Shown here piece after piece: positions 39,752 through 53,295 of a DNA stretch of 64,000 bases. The number at the start of each line of letters is the position of its first letter. Positions within the stretch are counted from its first letter, which is position 1. This stretch comes from Psammoneis japonica (Eukaryota), in the NCBI GenBank assembly GCA_008632985.1, contig QPGO01000045.1, positions 1-64,000 of the forward strand, given 5' to 3'. The notes under the pieces were generated by a model. That model saw only the letters and a list, made by a program, of their open reading frames with translations. It did not search any database and was not told the DNA's origin. The translations under genes and the position numbers were made by a program.

Positions 39752-40342
39752 TGCGTTTGTTACGTGTAAAGCTAACAAACCGGCCTCTATAGTGACCCAG
39801 CGGCTTTCTTTCGACTGCTACTAGAGAGTCGGTAAGCATTTAATAGTTGGGGTAGATGCTGTGGAAGGGCAGATGGGTGGCTCGTGCGTGGCGTCAAGGT
39901 TCTTTGTTCTTTGTTCTTTGATGGCTGAATTTGATTGATGCTAACCTTACGCTTGATGCTGCTGGCTTTCTTTTTGGATTTTTTGGAATTTCGGTGTTCG
40001 CGTGGGCTGAAATTTTTCGCGCCAGTTTTACTTTATAATTACATAAAGTACTTTATAAATATTATATAAACAAGTCTGAGCAATTCCATACTGTATCAAA
40101 TAATAACGACATAATGAAACATATGTTCCCGTTTATTACTAATTAACTTTATTTAGGTAGAAAAGTTGGGTCCTCCAACACGTTGATAAAATATCTACAG
40201 TCTTGAATTTTAAAATTTGAAGGTACGTTGTGTCCGCCCACCATCATGCATGGGGTCGCTCACAAACTCGCAAATCCGCCAAACAGGAACAAAGAACAAG
40301 GACAAGGAGCACAACAACAAACGCTCGCAAAGAATAGGAGCA

Positions 40343-42306
40343 ATGGTGGCAACCCATGAGCGAAGCTCTAAGATCTGGAGCAAGATGAGGCGATCGAGAA
40401 AGAATCACTCTCTTCCGCCAACGGGGAGGCAGATGCTGTCTTCAGACAGTACAGGGCAATCCTACAAACAAGGAGGAGCAGATAGTGCAGCGAGGTCAAT
40501 CGCCGAACAACACTTTGAAGATGATGAAAGTTCTGATGACGAGGCCTTGAGAGGAGATCGTTACAGGATGCTCAGATCAATTTCAACTTTGAGCAATCTC
40601 ACTCGACTCCGTAGCTCTTCACAAATGAAGTCGATCAACCCTTCGCCTTTTTCAAAGACTGTGTCGTATTCATCTGCCAGGTATAACGAGATCCTCAACG
40701 CCCAACACATTAGCAATAATAGAGGTGCGTCATGCGTGACATGATAGATGCTGAGCGATAGGTGTACCAATGTCATTACTGGATTCCTCAACGGCGTCTG
40801 TTTTGTTTGCTTTCCTGCTGGTAATCTATCTTCCTTGCAGAAGCAGCATACATGGATGTACTGACTCAGCTGCAGGATGGACATGACAGGCGTCACTCGA
40901 CGAGTGATCTTAAAGCCTACAAAGACGAGGTGAAGAAACAGTTGAAAACGTTCGACAACGATTTCAAACTCGAGCACGGTCGAATGCCAACAGAAGAAGA
41001 AAAGGAGCCTGTGAAGTACCTCTATAAAATCTACAACATCTTCAAAGACGAAGTGATACTAAGAGAGGCGGAGGAAGAGCAGACAAATGTTGGAATTACC
41101 ACACTCCCACCTTCTGAGATCCATATTGATTGGACTCATGACAAAAGTTCAATGAGGGAATGCTCGAGCGAATCAGAAACAGAATCGTACTTTCAAATAA
41201 GTCAAAGAAGAGGACGAGAGAGCCACCGTGAAGAAAGAGATGATACTGATCTAGCACAGCGCAGTTCAAGACTTGATGTTAAATCACCACAACGAGACAA
41301 GAATATTGAAGTAGAGTATGAAAGTGAAGACGATGACGAAAGCAGCGATGAAGAAGAGCTATATACTCAATTTAAACCAAGAAGGGTCTTCTCTCTGAGA
41401 AGTAGGACCCGCCAGAGATCCTTTAATCAAGGAGGAGACTCAGCGCCATTTTCCTCGAAACATAAGCAATCCGGTGGAGAAAAGAGTTCCACGGCTCGAT
41501 TGGCAAGGTCATTGTCACCAGCCCGAGGTGCAATTTCCAGACGGAGCGCTGGCACCGGCAATCGCACCAGAAAGAACATGTTCTTGTTTCGGTCCAAGTC
41601 AAAGACTGAATCCAACGTATCTCTTTCTCGTTCTTCTTCCATGCATGGTAAGAATGACATGCCGACAAGAGACAGTGTGGACTCTCAAACATTAGAACCC
41701 AAGAAGGAATTGTTCCCTTCTTTCTCAAAATCGAGGTCCGTGAAGTCTATACTACGTGCTCGAAAATACTCAATGACGAAGGATGCCGATGACGAACAAG
41801 ACTGTATCAAACTGAAATCCAACAACTCCAAACAAAGAGAGAAAGGACCGCGTGGCCCTCAAACTTTCGTACGAAATCAAAGCAAAAGTACCAGTACGGT
41901 CCCCGCTTTTTATGACGTTGAGATTGGAGTGGACGGAATGAATCCTGCGGAGAAAGAGCCAAATGTTGACCGTCCACCTCCGCAAATCGAGTACCCGTTG
42001 TTTGGGAACGATGATGAAGGCACAAGCTTTGTTTTATCAGCATGTGGAATCCACATGCCGAGGTTGCTCCCAGGGGAAGCGCCAAACCACGAGACTCCCA
42101 TGCGTCGCAGTGCCGATTGTGCAAGTTCTGATGGCTCTTACTCGATTGACGATGATCCCAAAGTAAGGACGATCAAGGCGGCTACTCCAAGCATGGTGTC
42201 AGACTATCGTGATACGGCATTTGACATATTTGATAAGATCGACCAGTTTTTCAGTTTGAATCAAAGAGAAGATTCGCAACTGGTGGATGAATCCGGCCAT
42301 CAGTAA
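40343..42306 (+). CDS. Ser/Arg-rich protein with a FAM13-like helical motif
   Basis: 484-aa ORF with K..VKKQLKTFD..F..EHGR.PT..EKEP...LY..Y; probable first exon from 40343 and intron 40681-40840. Confidence 0.6.
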
Positions 42307-42559
42307 CACGTAGTGAGTGAACTTTCGTTCAGATAGCATATCATGATCAAGCTCCTGGGCATAGTCTCTCGACTGATATATGTAACGTTCATTGGTTGCA
42401 CGAATGTATGTCGCTTTCTTCTTGTGGAAACCGGATGTGGGAGACGTGGTGAAGTAGTAAGAAATAGCTATCTACACTCTCGTAATCTCTAGCCCAAGCA
42501 AAGACTACCGTAAATTCCTCGTTAACTAATCATTCCCTCTTGTCGTACCGCGCGGGTGG

Positions 42560-43880
42560 GTGTCATTGTATGCACTTCAACGCAAGTCTCATTCAATTTC
42601 ACGCAAAATGCCCCCCACCTTCTTTTGCAATTCCATTGCAAAGTCAACTCCTCAACAATGGGTGCAATCAATCACTGCGTTGCCCTCACTGTTGTAGCAG
42701 AGGAGCTTCAGGAAGTCAAGGGCTGACTCCTCAAGATTCTCATTGTCCCAAAAGGATTCCGTCAAATCTCTTTGTGTGCTTCACCCCTCTCTCATGGTGA
42801 GTGAGTTGCCAATCCAAACAAGCAATGACCACACTGTTGCAGGAAGCAGTCTGGCCTTCTTGGGTCTGGTCTTCTTTCAAAGCTGCAGAAATGCAGCTTT
42901 GACAAAAGCCTTGTTGTGCATCTGGACACGCAACTCAACACTGGACGGCAAGTGTGCAACTGTTCAAGCAAGAAGATTGCAGAGTTGACATCATCAGTCA
43001 GGAAGCAATTGTGGAGCCCTTCTCTTGTTTGCTTCATTGTTGTTTTTCATCGCTTTCTCTGCTTCTGTGTGCGGTTGTGGGGACGTGGGGCTGCACTGAC
43101 CACAGCAGAGCTTCTCAACTGCCAAGAGATCCAGCCATGGCTGTTGGGGGCACAGCCATCATTGCTGCTCTCCAAAAAGTCAAAAAATTGAGGTGGGACC
43201 ACTTCAGCTGCTCACAACTGAAATCACGAGTTCAGCCCAGCTGCTCGTGTTTTTGCGCAGCATGGCATGCACTTGCGCACACACCTGTCAGCAAATTCAT
43301 GCGCCATCCACTGTGTCCATGTGCATCAATGGTCAACAGCCTGCCCCTTCTAACCTTCTTTCCAAGATTCACCTGACAAGTGTCCAAGTCAAGCTCCTTG
43401 GTCATGACACGCCCCATTTGCGAGACTCCTCAACTGTTGCACCCACCAGTGGTGTCTTCCTGCCCCCCAGCGCTCAACCCATGATCATCTTGGTGCAGAG
43501 CGCAGAGCTGGGCACCATTTTCTCACACCTTTTTATTTGGCCATTCTAACAAGGCCTCTGCCTCTCCCCCCTGCCCTCCCCAGCCCCTGCCTTGGGCCAT
43601 TCCCTCTCACTTCTGCAAGAGCTCCCAACCAAGCTCCCTTCTCAGTGCGCCAATCTTTCCTCCTCTCTCCACCACTTGAGAATCTCTGCTCACTCCTTAA
43701 ATGTCAGCTCTCTCCCCACCATTTCAGGTCCTCCTCCTTTTCTTCTTCTCCTCGATCCTGGGCTGCCCAGCTCCTCAGTCTCAACATTGGCCTTGCCCTC
43801 TCCAATCACCCATCTCCGGCACCTGCCAGTCACCGCCGCCCGCCTCCGCCCTGCCACCACACGACACACCGCGAGCGCCT
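42560..43880. repeat. TpA-depleted degenerate repeat island
   Basis: About 7 TA in 1.3 kb by eye, TG/CA-rich, no credible ORF. Confidence 0.6.
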
Positions 43881-43942
43881 TTTGTATGCCTTGCCACCGC
43901 ACGCTACTTTGGACTTTCAACTTTCTCTCATAACATTCGCAC

Positions 43943-44861
43943 ATGACGAGCGGAGTTGGATCATCAAGCAACGACATGAAACAGCGAAGGCGAGTATGTC
44001 TTTTCGGCTTATCAGCCGACCCACCAACTTCAGACGGTGGACATGGGGGCATCGTGAAATCCCTTGCGAACGAAAGCTTTGATGAAGTGCGAATCATACC
44101 GGTGTATCAACACACTTTCTCGGTAAGGTTCATTCATTCGATGCGAAATTCCAAGGTGCTTTTTCTGACATTATGTTGCTCATAACCCCAAACTGTTTGT
44201 TTCAGGAAAAGAGAGACAGAATGGCATCATACAGAGACCGAGTTGAAATGTGTAGATTGGCGTTTGCTGGCATCCCCCACGTCACTGTGTCGGAGGTGGA
44301 GCGAACATGCTTTGAAAAGAAAGCTTCTGGCTTGTAAGTGAATATGCATTGTAGAACAATGATGAGGATCATGGATATAGAACTAATTCATGTACTCTTT
44401 CCTTTTGGTTGAATAACAATATTTTCCTGAAAAAAAGAAGCGATTGCGAAAAGGCATCCCTGCGAGTTGGTACAGCAGATTTGCTAGACATGCTCTTGGA
44501 GGAAGAACCGGAATCCGATTTTTATTTTGCGCTCGGAGCAGACACTTTTGTGGACTTGACGAGTTGGAAATGGAGGCGATCACGTGATGTGCTTGACTTG
44601 TTGCAAGGTCGATTCGTTGTTGTCTATCGAACTATGGAGGATCCAAAACGACAGGTTTCACTTGACGCAATCAAGAAGCAAGTAGCAAAAGTTGCCGAGC
44701 AATACCCGGGAAACCAAAGAATACTCTGCATTCCAGGCCTTGAAGCTGTATCATCCACCCAAGTGCGGGCATGTAAGAACGAGGCGTTGCTCCGAGAAAT
44801 GGTGGACGCCTCTGTGCTGTTGTACATACGAGAAAACAAGTTGTATGATTTCGAAGATTAG
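43943..44861 (+). CDS. Nicotinate/nicotinamide-nucleotide adenylyltransferase (NadD-like)
   Basis: VCLFGLSADPPT..GH, R.EMC.LAF, GTADLL, FALGADTF.DL..WKW, VSSTQVR, VLLYIRENKLY; introns from 44123 and 44334. Confidence 0.85.
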
Positions 44862-45263
44862 TTTCTGTTTTGACGTTGCCGGATTCGAGCGAGAAGGATT
44901 GAAAATGAAGAAATCTTGGTTGGCATGGACAAAAAATATCAGTGCACTAAAGGTCAAACGTGGAAGCGCCCTGCTACCTGGCTCATTTAGATCGTTTCCT
45001 TCCAAGGCCACGAGGCCGATGGTTTATTGCGATCAAGAGAATTTGCCCAAGGCACCACATTGTTACGAGTTACACCAGAACGCTTTGTTTCGACAAGAGT
45101 ATGTCGCGAGTGCCGTTTCTAATCAAAAACTAAATCATCAACGAAACCACCTCCGGTATGGAGAGCATTGTCGTTCTGGAGTAATTTGTCCGAAGAATGG
45201 GCAGGTCTATCTTTCTCGACGAGGAGGCACGTCGCGAGACTCGAGACGCGAACGAGATGATGA

Positions 45264-46380
45264 ATGAGCGGTCCTGCATCGGGGAGTACTAGTAGGGCTA
45301 GCGACACGAAACAGAGGAGGCGAGTATGTCTTTTTGGCTTATCGGCCGACCCACCAACTTCAGACGGTGGACATGGGGGCGCATCAACAAGGTTTATCTT
45401 TCTCGACGAGGAGGCATGTCGCGAGACTCGAGACGCGAACGAGATGATGAATGAGCGGCGCTGCATCGGAGAGTAGGGCTAGCGACATGAAACTGAGGAG
45501 GCGAGTATGTCTTTTCGGCTTATCGGCCGACCCACCAACTTCTGATGATGGACATGGGGGCGCATTGTCAAAGCTCTTGGAAACGAAAGTTTGATGAAGT
45601 GCCGATCCTACCTGTCTATCAACACACATTCGTTCGATGCGAAAGTTCCAAGGTGTTTTTTCTGCCAAAGTAGTGCTCACAGCCCCAAACTCATTTGTTT
45701 CAGAAAAAGAGAGACAGAATGGCACCATACAGAGACCGGCGTTTGATGTAACTGTTCGGAGGTGGAACGAACATGCTTTGAAAAGAAATCTTCTGGCTTG
45801 AAAGTGAATGCCGTATGCACTGTATCGTAAAACAACAATGGGTTCACAGATAGAAAAATACCTGGTGTGCTATTCCCTCCTGGTTGAATACCGGTACCAA
45901 TTCTTTTTTAATTTCGCGCTCTGAGCAGACACTTTCGTGGACTTGACGAGTTGGAAATGGAGGCGATCACGTGATGTTCTTGACGACTTGATGTAAGGTC
46001 GATTGGTTGTTATTCATAGAACTATGACGGCTCCAGAACGACAACTTTCCCTCTACGCAATCGAGAACAAGTAGCTTAAAAGTTGCCAAGAAACTCCCAG
46101 GAAATCAAAGAGTACTCTTCATACCCGGCCTTGAAGCTGTATTATCCACCCAAGCGCGGCATACAAGGACGAGGCTTTTCTCCGAGAAGTGGGGGGTGCC
46201 TCTGTGCTGTTGTACATACGAGAAACGGATGTAGGAACTCGATTCACGTTACTTTATTTGAGAGAGAAGGATCGACATCAAAGAAATCTTGGACGGTAGG
46301 CACAAAAAATATGAATGGACTAACGGTCAAACTTGGAAGCGCCCTGCTACTTGGGAAATTCAAATCATCTCCTCCAACAT
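45264..46380 (+). pseudogene. Two tandem degenerate copies of the NadD-like gene (exon-1 fragment 45264-45383; longer deleted copy about 45450-46380)
   Basis: ggcgagtatgtctttt-ggcttatc-gccgacccaccaactt repeated at about 43990, 45320 and 45500; later blocks match 44190-45000 with indels and stops. Confidence 0.85.
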
Positions 46381-47214
46381 CGCTATGGATAGATACATCA
46401 AAACTCTTTTTTCATCAAGAAGCCTGTCACGAGTGCCAATCCTAAGCACCCACAGACATTGCCGCAACATTTATGAAACCAGCTCCTGACCCGAAGAGGT
46501 GGCCATCGTATCCGTTGACCCTTTCGCAGTTGAGTGAGTGGACCTTTTGAAGTCGTTAATCAAAGACGTTCCTCTATGCATTTGCAATGCCGTCGCTGTT
46601 TTCACTCTTGTGGCTTGTGCACACACCCAATAGATCGGGTCAACGATTCCTAGTAGCTCCTTGCGAGAGCCATTCGATTGTCAGAATAAAAGGTCTATTC
46701 CTATTGACAATAAACTCCTCGATATCATCTAATGAGCCCAAGACAGCAGCTGCTGATAAGCCCGTTGCAAGGGCGCCTCCAATGGTCAAGAGTGAGTTGC
46801 AAACAAATTAAGAGTGGGTAACCACATTGTCATCCACGACGATGTTTTTCGTTTCAATCGGAAGAGCTAGTGACTCGACATTCTCTACAGACAGTAGGCC
46901 TAGACACATGCGCATTCTATTGTTGAACTATAGTCTTGCTAGCCATAGCATTACTCTTCTAACGGTACATGCACAACACCATAATGGCACCGCAGGCGAC
47001 TGGCCAAGACACGACAAAAGCATAAATTATAAATTTAGACTTCACCATGATGCTCGCGATTGCCCCAAAGCAGCAGCACAGAACTTGCACCCATGTCCAT
47101 TTTTTGGGAGAAGAACAAATTTTGCCACAGCGCAGGAAAGATCGAATGTCAAGGCAACCCAGCTGGCATCAGCAGACAGGGCAACCAGCTCATGCCTGCT
47201 GACAGTCATGAAGC

Positions 47215-47581
47215 TGCACTATGCTCGAAGAACGAGTGTAAACGAAAGTAGAATAGTGTACGAAAAGTGGAAATTATGAGATTAAATTTTGCTCTGTGAT
47301 TTTTGGTTTCTCCGAACGAGTTCTCAATGGCCTAAAGCTTCTGTACTGCTTCTACAGACAAAAGGCCTTTCGGAGAATATATTCGTGACAACAGATTGTC
47401 CGGATACGATTGCTATTGACACGTAAGATGTCAACATCGTCAATCGATCGTATTTGCAATTCTCGACATCCGATCAACTCTGTGTGATCGTTCTGTCCTT
47501 TGTACGCATCCACGACTGTGGTACGATTGACATATAAATAATATATAATCATAAATATGTATATAACAGTCGCATACTGCA
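47215..47581 (-). repeat. Gypsy 3' LTR (TpA largely retained)
   Basis: Gap-free alignment with 51575-51941. Confidence 0.95.
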
Positions 47582-50500
47582 TTCGCCTCCCTAATTGCAC
47601 ATTAGAGTCATTTGTAAGTGGATTATTCGACGGACATCGACAGTGTCAATAATGTCTCCACTTTCATTGTATTGTGCCATTAGCAATGACTGTTGTTGTT
47701 TTGTATAGGCAATATAGGGCCGTTCCAATTTCCGAATGTCTTTTGAGAGTGACATTGTTTGTTTCTCACTTAATGTGTATATATATAGCATTACGTCGAG
47801 TATTCTCATTGACGTTCTTGTTGATATGAACACAAGGACTAATTGTCCTGGAGTAAGTGTTTTTCCTGATATCGATTGTACATAGCATCGTGCCCAGCAC
47901 TTAATGTACGCTCTTAATTATGGCGTTCACTTACTCACTTGTGGATTTCATGTAGTTTGGCGGGCTTACTTTATATGCCACATTGCTCTGCTGCACTACC
48001 ACGTTTCATAAGTAATAATAAACGATGGTCAAAGATATTATGGCCATTTCGTCTTGATAATCAATCCTGTGATGGTTATGAATTCCATTATGGATTTTTT
48101 TTTTTGTACTTCAACCATCTATCAGTTGGATTTTAATCGTTATTTGGACGTTTCTTTCTGACATACCGGTGTTATTTTGTCATTCCGAAGGCACTGGTTT
48201 CGTGCACTAAGTGGATAAATGTCCATTTTTCTTTTCTTTTTCTAGATCTTTGGCACATCTCGTGTGTCGACATGATGTGTGTTTTAATGTCTTGCCTCGT
48301 ACATTGTACAATACAACCGTACGGGTGTTGTGAGATTGTCTTTTGCCAGTGTGAAGTGGATACGTATAATGTATACCAATCTGTCACTGTTTTTTTCTAA
48401 ATCGTCCTTTAAAAAGGCGATTTTATTCTTGTGACATGAGCATTTTTCGATCTCGCTCGCCTCCACGAAAAGTGTTCGTATGATATGTCGCGTCCGACAA
48501 TTTGGAGGGAATGTCTTTATCCCGTTTTAACGGTAGGACATTGTCGTAGGATTCAATTTTCTATAGTAAGTCGGCTGATCGCGTCTATCGCGACGATGTT
48601 CGCCTTGCCCTCGTTGTATTCTAATTCGGGACTGAAGTTGTCAACGTATGACTTTGTCCGTTGTGTCTTATGATCCGTATATGTATAAATCTGTTGGCCA
48701 AACAGTATATTTCGAAATTTTATAAGTGTTTTCACTATGGACAGAAGTTCTTTTTTCCGTTGTAACGTATAATATTGAAATCCGTGTATGATAACAATAT
48801 AGTTTTTGATTTGATACGCTCCATATTTTCGGAGACTTTTCGTTCCGTACTTGTACTTTTGCCGTTTGACCTTTATTGAGGTGAATTTGGCTAGTATTGT
48901 ACAGGAGATCGTTGAGACTACATGTCTCGATAATAGTAACGTATGACAACGAGATGTCGTAGTGTTCTTTACGTTTTTCTCGTGTTGCGATTGCTTGAAT
49001 CGCCTCCATTTTCTTTGTAATCGATTGCATGTCGTTACGTGTGGAAGTCTTGATAGTTTATTTCAAGTTAAATAGTGAAGGACTTTTGTTGTTAACCTTC
49101 TAAGCGACTGTTCTAGTCGTTTGAATGCCGTATTAAGCTGTCACTTGTGCAGGTGATATTTTGAAGTTACTTTTGTCAGGCACAAACGATCACACATGGT
49201 GGTTCTGACAACTTCAAACCTGTTGTGAGTTCACTCAAGTGTTGCACAAAAATATCTGGGGCTCTGTAGATTCTCATTGGAAGTCCACAGCACTCATTTT
49301 CTCCCCACGGCATGATTTTCGTGTGAGCACGACGTGTGCTTTTTTCATTTGACATGGTGGCATTCCATGTTTGAATCAAATGGATTGCATGTGTGAAACG
49401 TTCTTGCTTCAACAGCATTTCCTGAATATTGGGTAAAGGACACACCACCTGCATGAACCTTACACTGAGCTTCTGAGTGTCGGGTGCGGTCGAACTCGAC
49501 CTGTTTTCTTCAGACAATGAGTCTCAGAGCGACTTGTTCAGAGCAATTTCATTCTCAAGACTTCAATCTTTCATGACAGGTCAAACTCCTTTTGATTGGA
49601 CGCCTCCAAAGACTGTGATAGGAGAAGGTTCTCACGCATCGTGGAATCGCGTCAGATTTTCCACGATGAGATCCACTGATGCTTCCCATGCACTCGTCTG
49701 AGGAACTTTTCAAAACGATTTCAACCTCTTAAGAAGAAGATTGAGTTGGTTGTGTTCATTTGGGTTAGATGCATCGCCGCAGTTGTCACTTGATTAAGAT
49801 TGATGGCGTGACAATGTGAGTCGAGGACCATTGGCTCCATTGTTGACTCCATTCACGGCGTCACATTTTTCAATGTGATCGGTTTTCAGCTTGAAAACAT
49901 CGGCATCGAAGAGTGTGCGAACATTCTTCATAAGGCAATTGCTTCTTCCCATTGGATTTCTTCATTTGCGCAGTCCAATGTGACTTGCAGGACTGGACAT
50001 TAAGTCGCGTCCCATGATCACATCATTTGAACCTGAAGAAAATTTGGTGTTTTCAACACATGCTGTTTGAACATCAGCGTGCCTTAAATTTCGCACAGTG
50101 AGAACTGAGTTCGGTGTTTGCTGTCAGTCGCAAAGAGCTCACCCTTGGTTTCCCAAGTTTTTGGTGGCGGATTCTTGTGTTCTCAACTTTCGCATGAATT
50201 TGCGCAAAATCATGGTTGACGATGTTCCGTTGTCGACAGGAACACGCAGATGCTTTTTTTTTTCTCTCCTTTCCCAAGGAAGTGTTCACACAAATGATGA
50301 CTCCTGGACCAGTGTGAATTGTTTTGCCTTTTTTCTAGGCTTCCCAATGTCCAGCAAAGCGTGCAATTCGTGAACAGACCAAAATTGTTCTTCGGATTCA
50401 GTCTGGATCATCCGATCAAATTGGCATTTTTCTTCACTGAGGGTGTCAGAATCTGATTCTTTGCCCTCATGCTCTTTTTCTTTGTTCAAGGAACTCGCTT

Positions 50501-51574
50501 TGAGCATTTTTTGAACCGCCTGATCAATCATGACGTTCATCTCTTTTTTTGCGAGCGGCATTTTCGTTGTCGCGACGCGACCGCGTGCGATTGCCATTTG
50601 AACGGCGCATTTTTGGGTCTCTTTCAGAGTCACCCTTGCACTCTTTTGCTGGCTCATTTTTAGAATGGCTTCAATCCGTGATGTGGGTGTTCTTTTTTCA
50701 AAGATGAGACCTTGCATTCACTTTGGATTGTTCTGGCACCATGTGGGAGACCATTTTTGGAACCAAATTTGGAGCCTTTTTTATTTTGGAACCAACTGCG
50801 CTGTCAGAGCCTGAGTTGACATGTTTTTTCGTCACGGACGTCATGAACGACCTTCAGATGACTCAAAACTTAATCATCTCATCAAGGATGAGTTGCAATG
50901 GTTGATTGTTTTGGACAGTAGACTGATGCTGCCATCCTTGCGGTGCGAGTGATGGCTGATAAATCAGCGCTCGGTTTCCCGCTAGATTCGACTTAGAATC
51001 CATCTGAGGGTCGTGTGGACTCTCATCGTTGACCTCTTGGGTCTGACAGAGGCTTTCTCGCTGTCAAGCAGCTCTGGTTTCTTCAGGTCGTCTCGAAAAT
51101 AATTTCCCTGATTCTGAAGTGCATTTCCTCGGAGGACATGAGTTGTGAGACGCTTGAGGCACTTTCCAACGATTCCCTCTTGCTCCTTGGACTCGAGGAT
51201 CATCGACTCGGTCTCAAAAAACTCTCCAATGGTCTCTCCTTGCATGGTAGACGCATTTCTCGGATCTGATCGACTCGGAACTTGCGTTCTCTGCAACCAT
51301 GACTTGGTGTAGATTTTTTGACAATGCGGTGCACTTGAGAGCCCTTGATCCTTGGGTGCTTGGAACAGACCGCATTGGAGCGAATCCTCTTGTCTGGCAG
51401 ACGAAAAACAGCGTTCCATCTTGAGGTGCTGCTCGGCTTGAGCTTCTTCCGCTCGGAAATCGATTCCAGCAGAACTGACGCGATTCGTTCCTGTTCACAG
51501 AAGAATTTGCAAAGGCACATTGGTTAAAATTTTCATTTTCCGTGCTTTTTGCCTTCTGTGGTGTGTGTGCACAA

Positions 51575-51941
51575 TGCACCATGCTCGAAGAACGAGTGCA
51601 AACGAAAGTAGAACAGTGTGCGAAAAGTGGAAATTATGAGATTAAATTTTGCTCTGTGATTTTTGGTTTCTCCGAACGAGTTCTCAATGGCCTAAAGCTT
51701 CTGCACTGCTTCTACAGACAAAAGGCCTTTCGGAGAACATGTTCGTGACAACAGATTGTCCGGATGCGATTGCCATTGACACGCAAGATGTCAACATCGT
51801 CAATCGATCGCGTTTGCAATTCTCGACATCCGATCAACTCTGTGTGATCGTTCTGTCCTTTGTGCGCATCCACGACTGTGGTGCGATTGACATGTGAACA
51901 ACATGTGATCACAAACATGCACACAACAGTCGCACACTGCA
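51575..51941 (-). repeat. Gypsy 5' LTR (TpA hypermutated)
   Basis: Identical to 47215-47581 except at TpA sites. Confidence 0.95.
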
Positions 51942-53295
51942 AAGCAGCACCAGCAGCACACAACACCAGCTGTGCCAATGATTGCACAAAGGGAGCATTG
52001 CATTCCTTGTGGGGTTGCCCGGTGGGGCCATCTGTGTGGCAGTCTCAAAAAAAGCAAAAAACTCATCAGATGCCCCCCACAACATTCAGCAACCAAGTCA
52101 GACCATTTGGAAGGCCAACAGCACTGCACAATTTTGGTGACTCAGTCAGCTCAAGAATGCTGCAGTCATTTGGAGTGACATGCTTTCTCTGCTGCTGTGG
52201 CAACAACCATTGTTTGTTGCTGCTTCCACCATCTCTGTTTGCTCTTGCAGCTCAAGAATTCAGGCTTGCATTGTGGCACAAAACAAGGTCATTTCAAATG
52301 TCTTTTTGTTGAAAGAGACACCCGCCTGCATCAGTGAAAGAGAGTTCAAGGACCATGCTTCATCTCAGAGGCTTGCACCACTGTCTTGAGAAAATCACAC
52401 CTGTCCTCCAGAGACAACAAAAGGGAGAGGAGCACAGAATTTCTTAAATTTCTGCTGGCAGTTGCTCACTGCAGCCCACTTCTGGCTGGCACATTGGCAA
52501 AGTCATGTGTGGTGCTGCTGCTGGCCAGCACTTTTGTGTGCCAAGATTTTCCAAAGTTTTGCTCCACCACCTCAAGGACCATGCACCAATCCAATGGTGC
52601 AACTCTGCAGCAACAAAAGAGCCTGTTGACTTTTTTGCTGTGCCAAGCACCTGGGCTGTGTCTTGCACAACCAGAGTTTGTTGTGGGTGCACTGACAACA
52701 CTTCTTGCAGAGAGCAGCCAGAGAAGCTGGGGCAAGAAGCAGAGATGAGCACTGGCATTTTTTGACACTCTCCTGGGGAAAGAGAGGCCCACCCAGGCTC
52801 CACTTCTGTCTGCAACTCATTGACACAACTTCATTGACTGTGGATTGGCAAGCATGGTGGGGAGGCCCCTGTGTTGATGAAAAGACTGCAGGCTCTTCCT
52901 CTTCTAGAAAAAGGACAAGGCTGGTGCGCACTTTTTTTCAAGACTTTCAAATGTCGAAAATCATTTTTCACATTGAAGAACATGCCCAGTCAAACAAAGC
53001 AAGTCTTGACATTGATGCTGGAAGCACGTGCAACACTCCACCAAAGAGGGACACTTTTTGCAATTTGGGGCACAAGACAGTGCCCAAGTTTGGCTTCTCC
53101 TCCTGCAAGAAGCCTTTGTTGGAGCGCTGCAGCTTGCTGGTCTAGCTGGCACATGTTTGGCTTCAGAAACAACCCCGAACTCACCGCGTGTGTCTCACAA
53201 GCACATTCCCAATGCTGTTGACCACCATTGCCATGTCAACCGGGTGAAAAAGCCAAAAAAGTGAGCACAAGACCCACAACACAATCCAAGCTGTG

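Larger units (their letters stand above)
47215..51941 (-). mobile_element. Ty3/Gypsy-type LTR retrotransposon, internally degenerate
   Basis: 367-bp LTRs with TG...CA ends, 4-bp TSD AAGC (47211-47214, 51942-51945), PPT agggaggcgaa (47582-47592, minus), RNase H relic FRNILFGQQI..YTDHK...EY..GKAN...DAISRL, RT relic PLPNIQEML. Confidence 0.9.

Noticed and set aside
40020..40220. AT-rich patches (also about 26480-26670 and 31250-31440) as centromere or origin
   Set aside because: Only about 200 bp each and located upstream of genes; nothing in the sequence distinguishes them from promoter DNA.
47215..49150. Classical RIP (CA/TG>TA) acting on the TA-rich Gypsy half
   Set aside because: Most CA/TG sites in that LTR are untouched, and the Tyr>Cys/His changes in conserved Copia motifs show TA is ancestral. 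Formal polarisation for the Gypsy is still needed.
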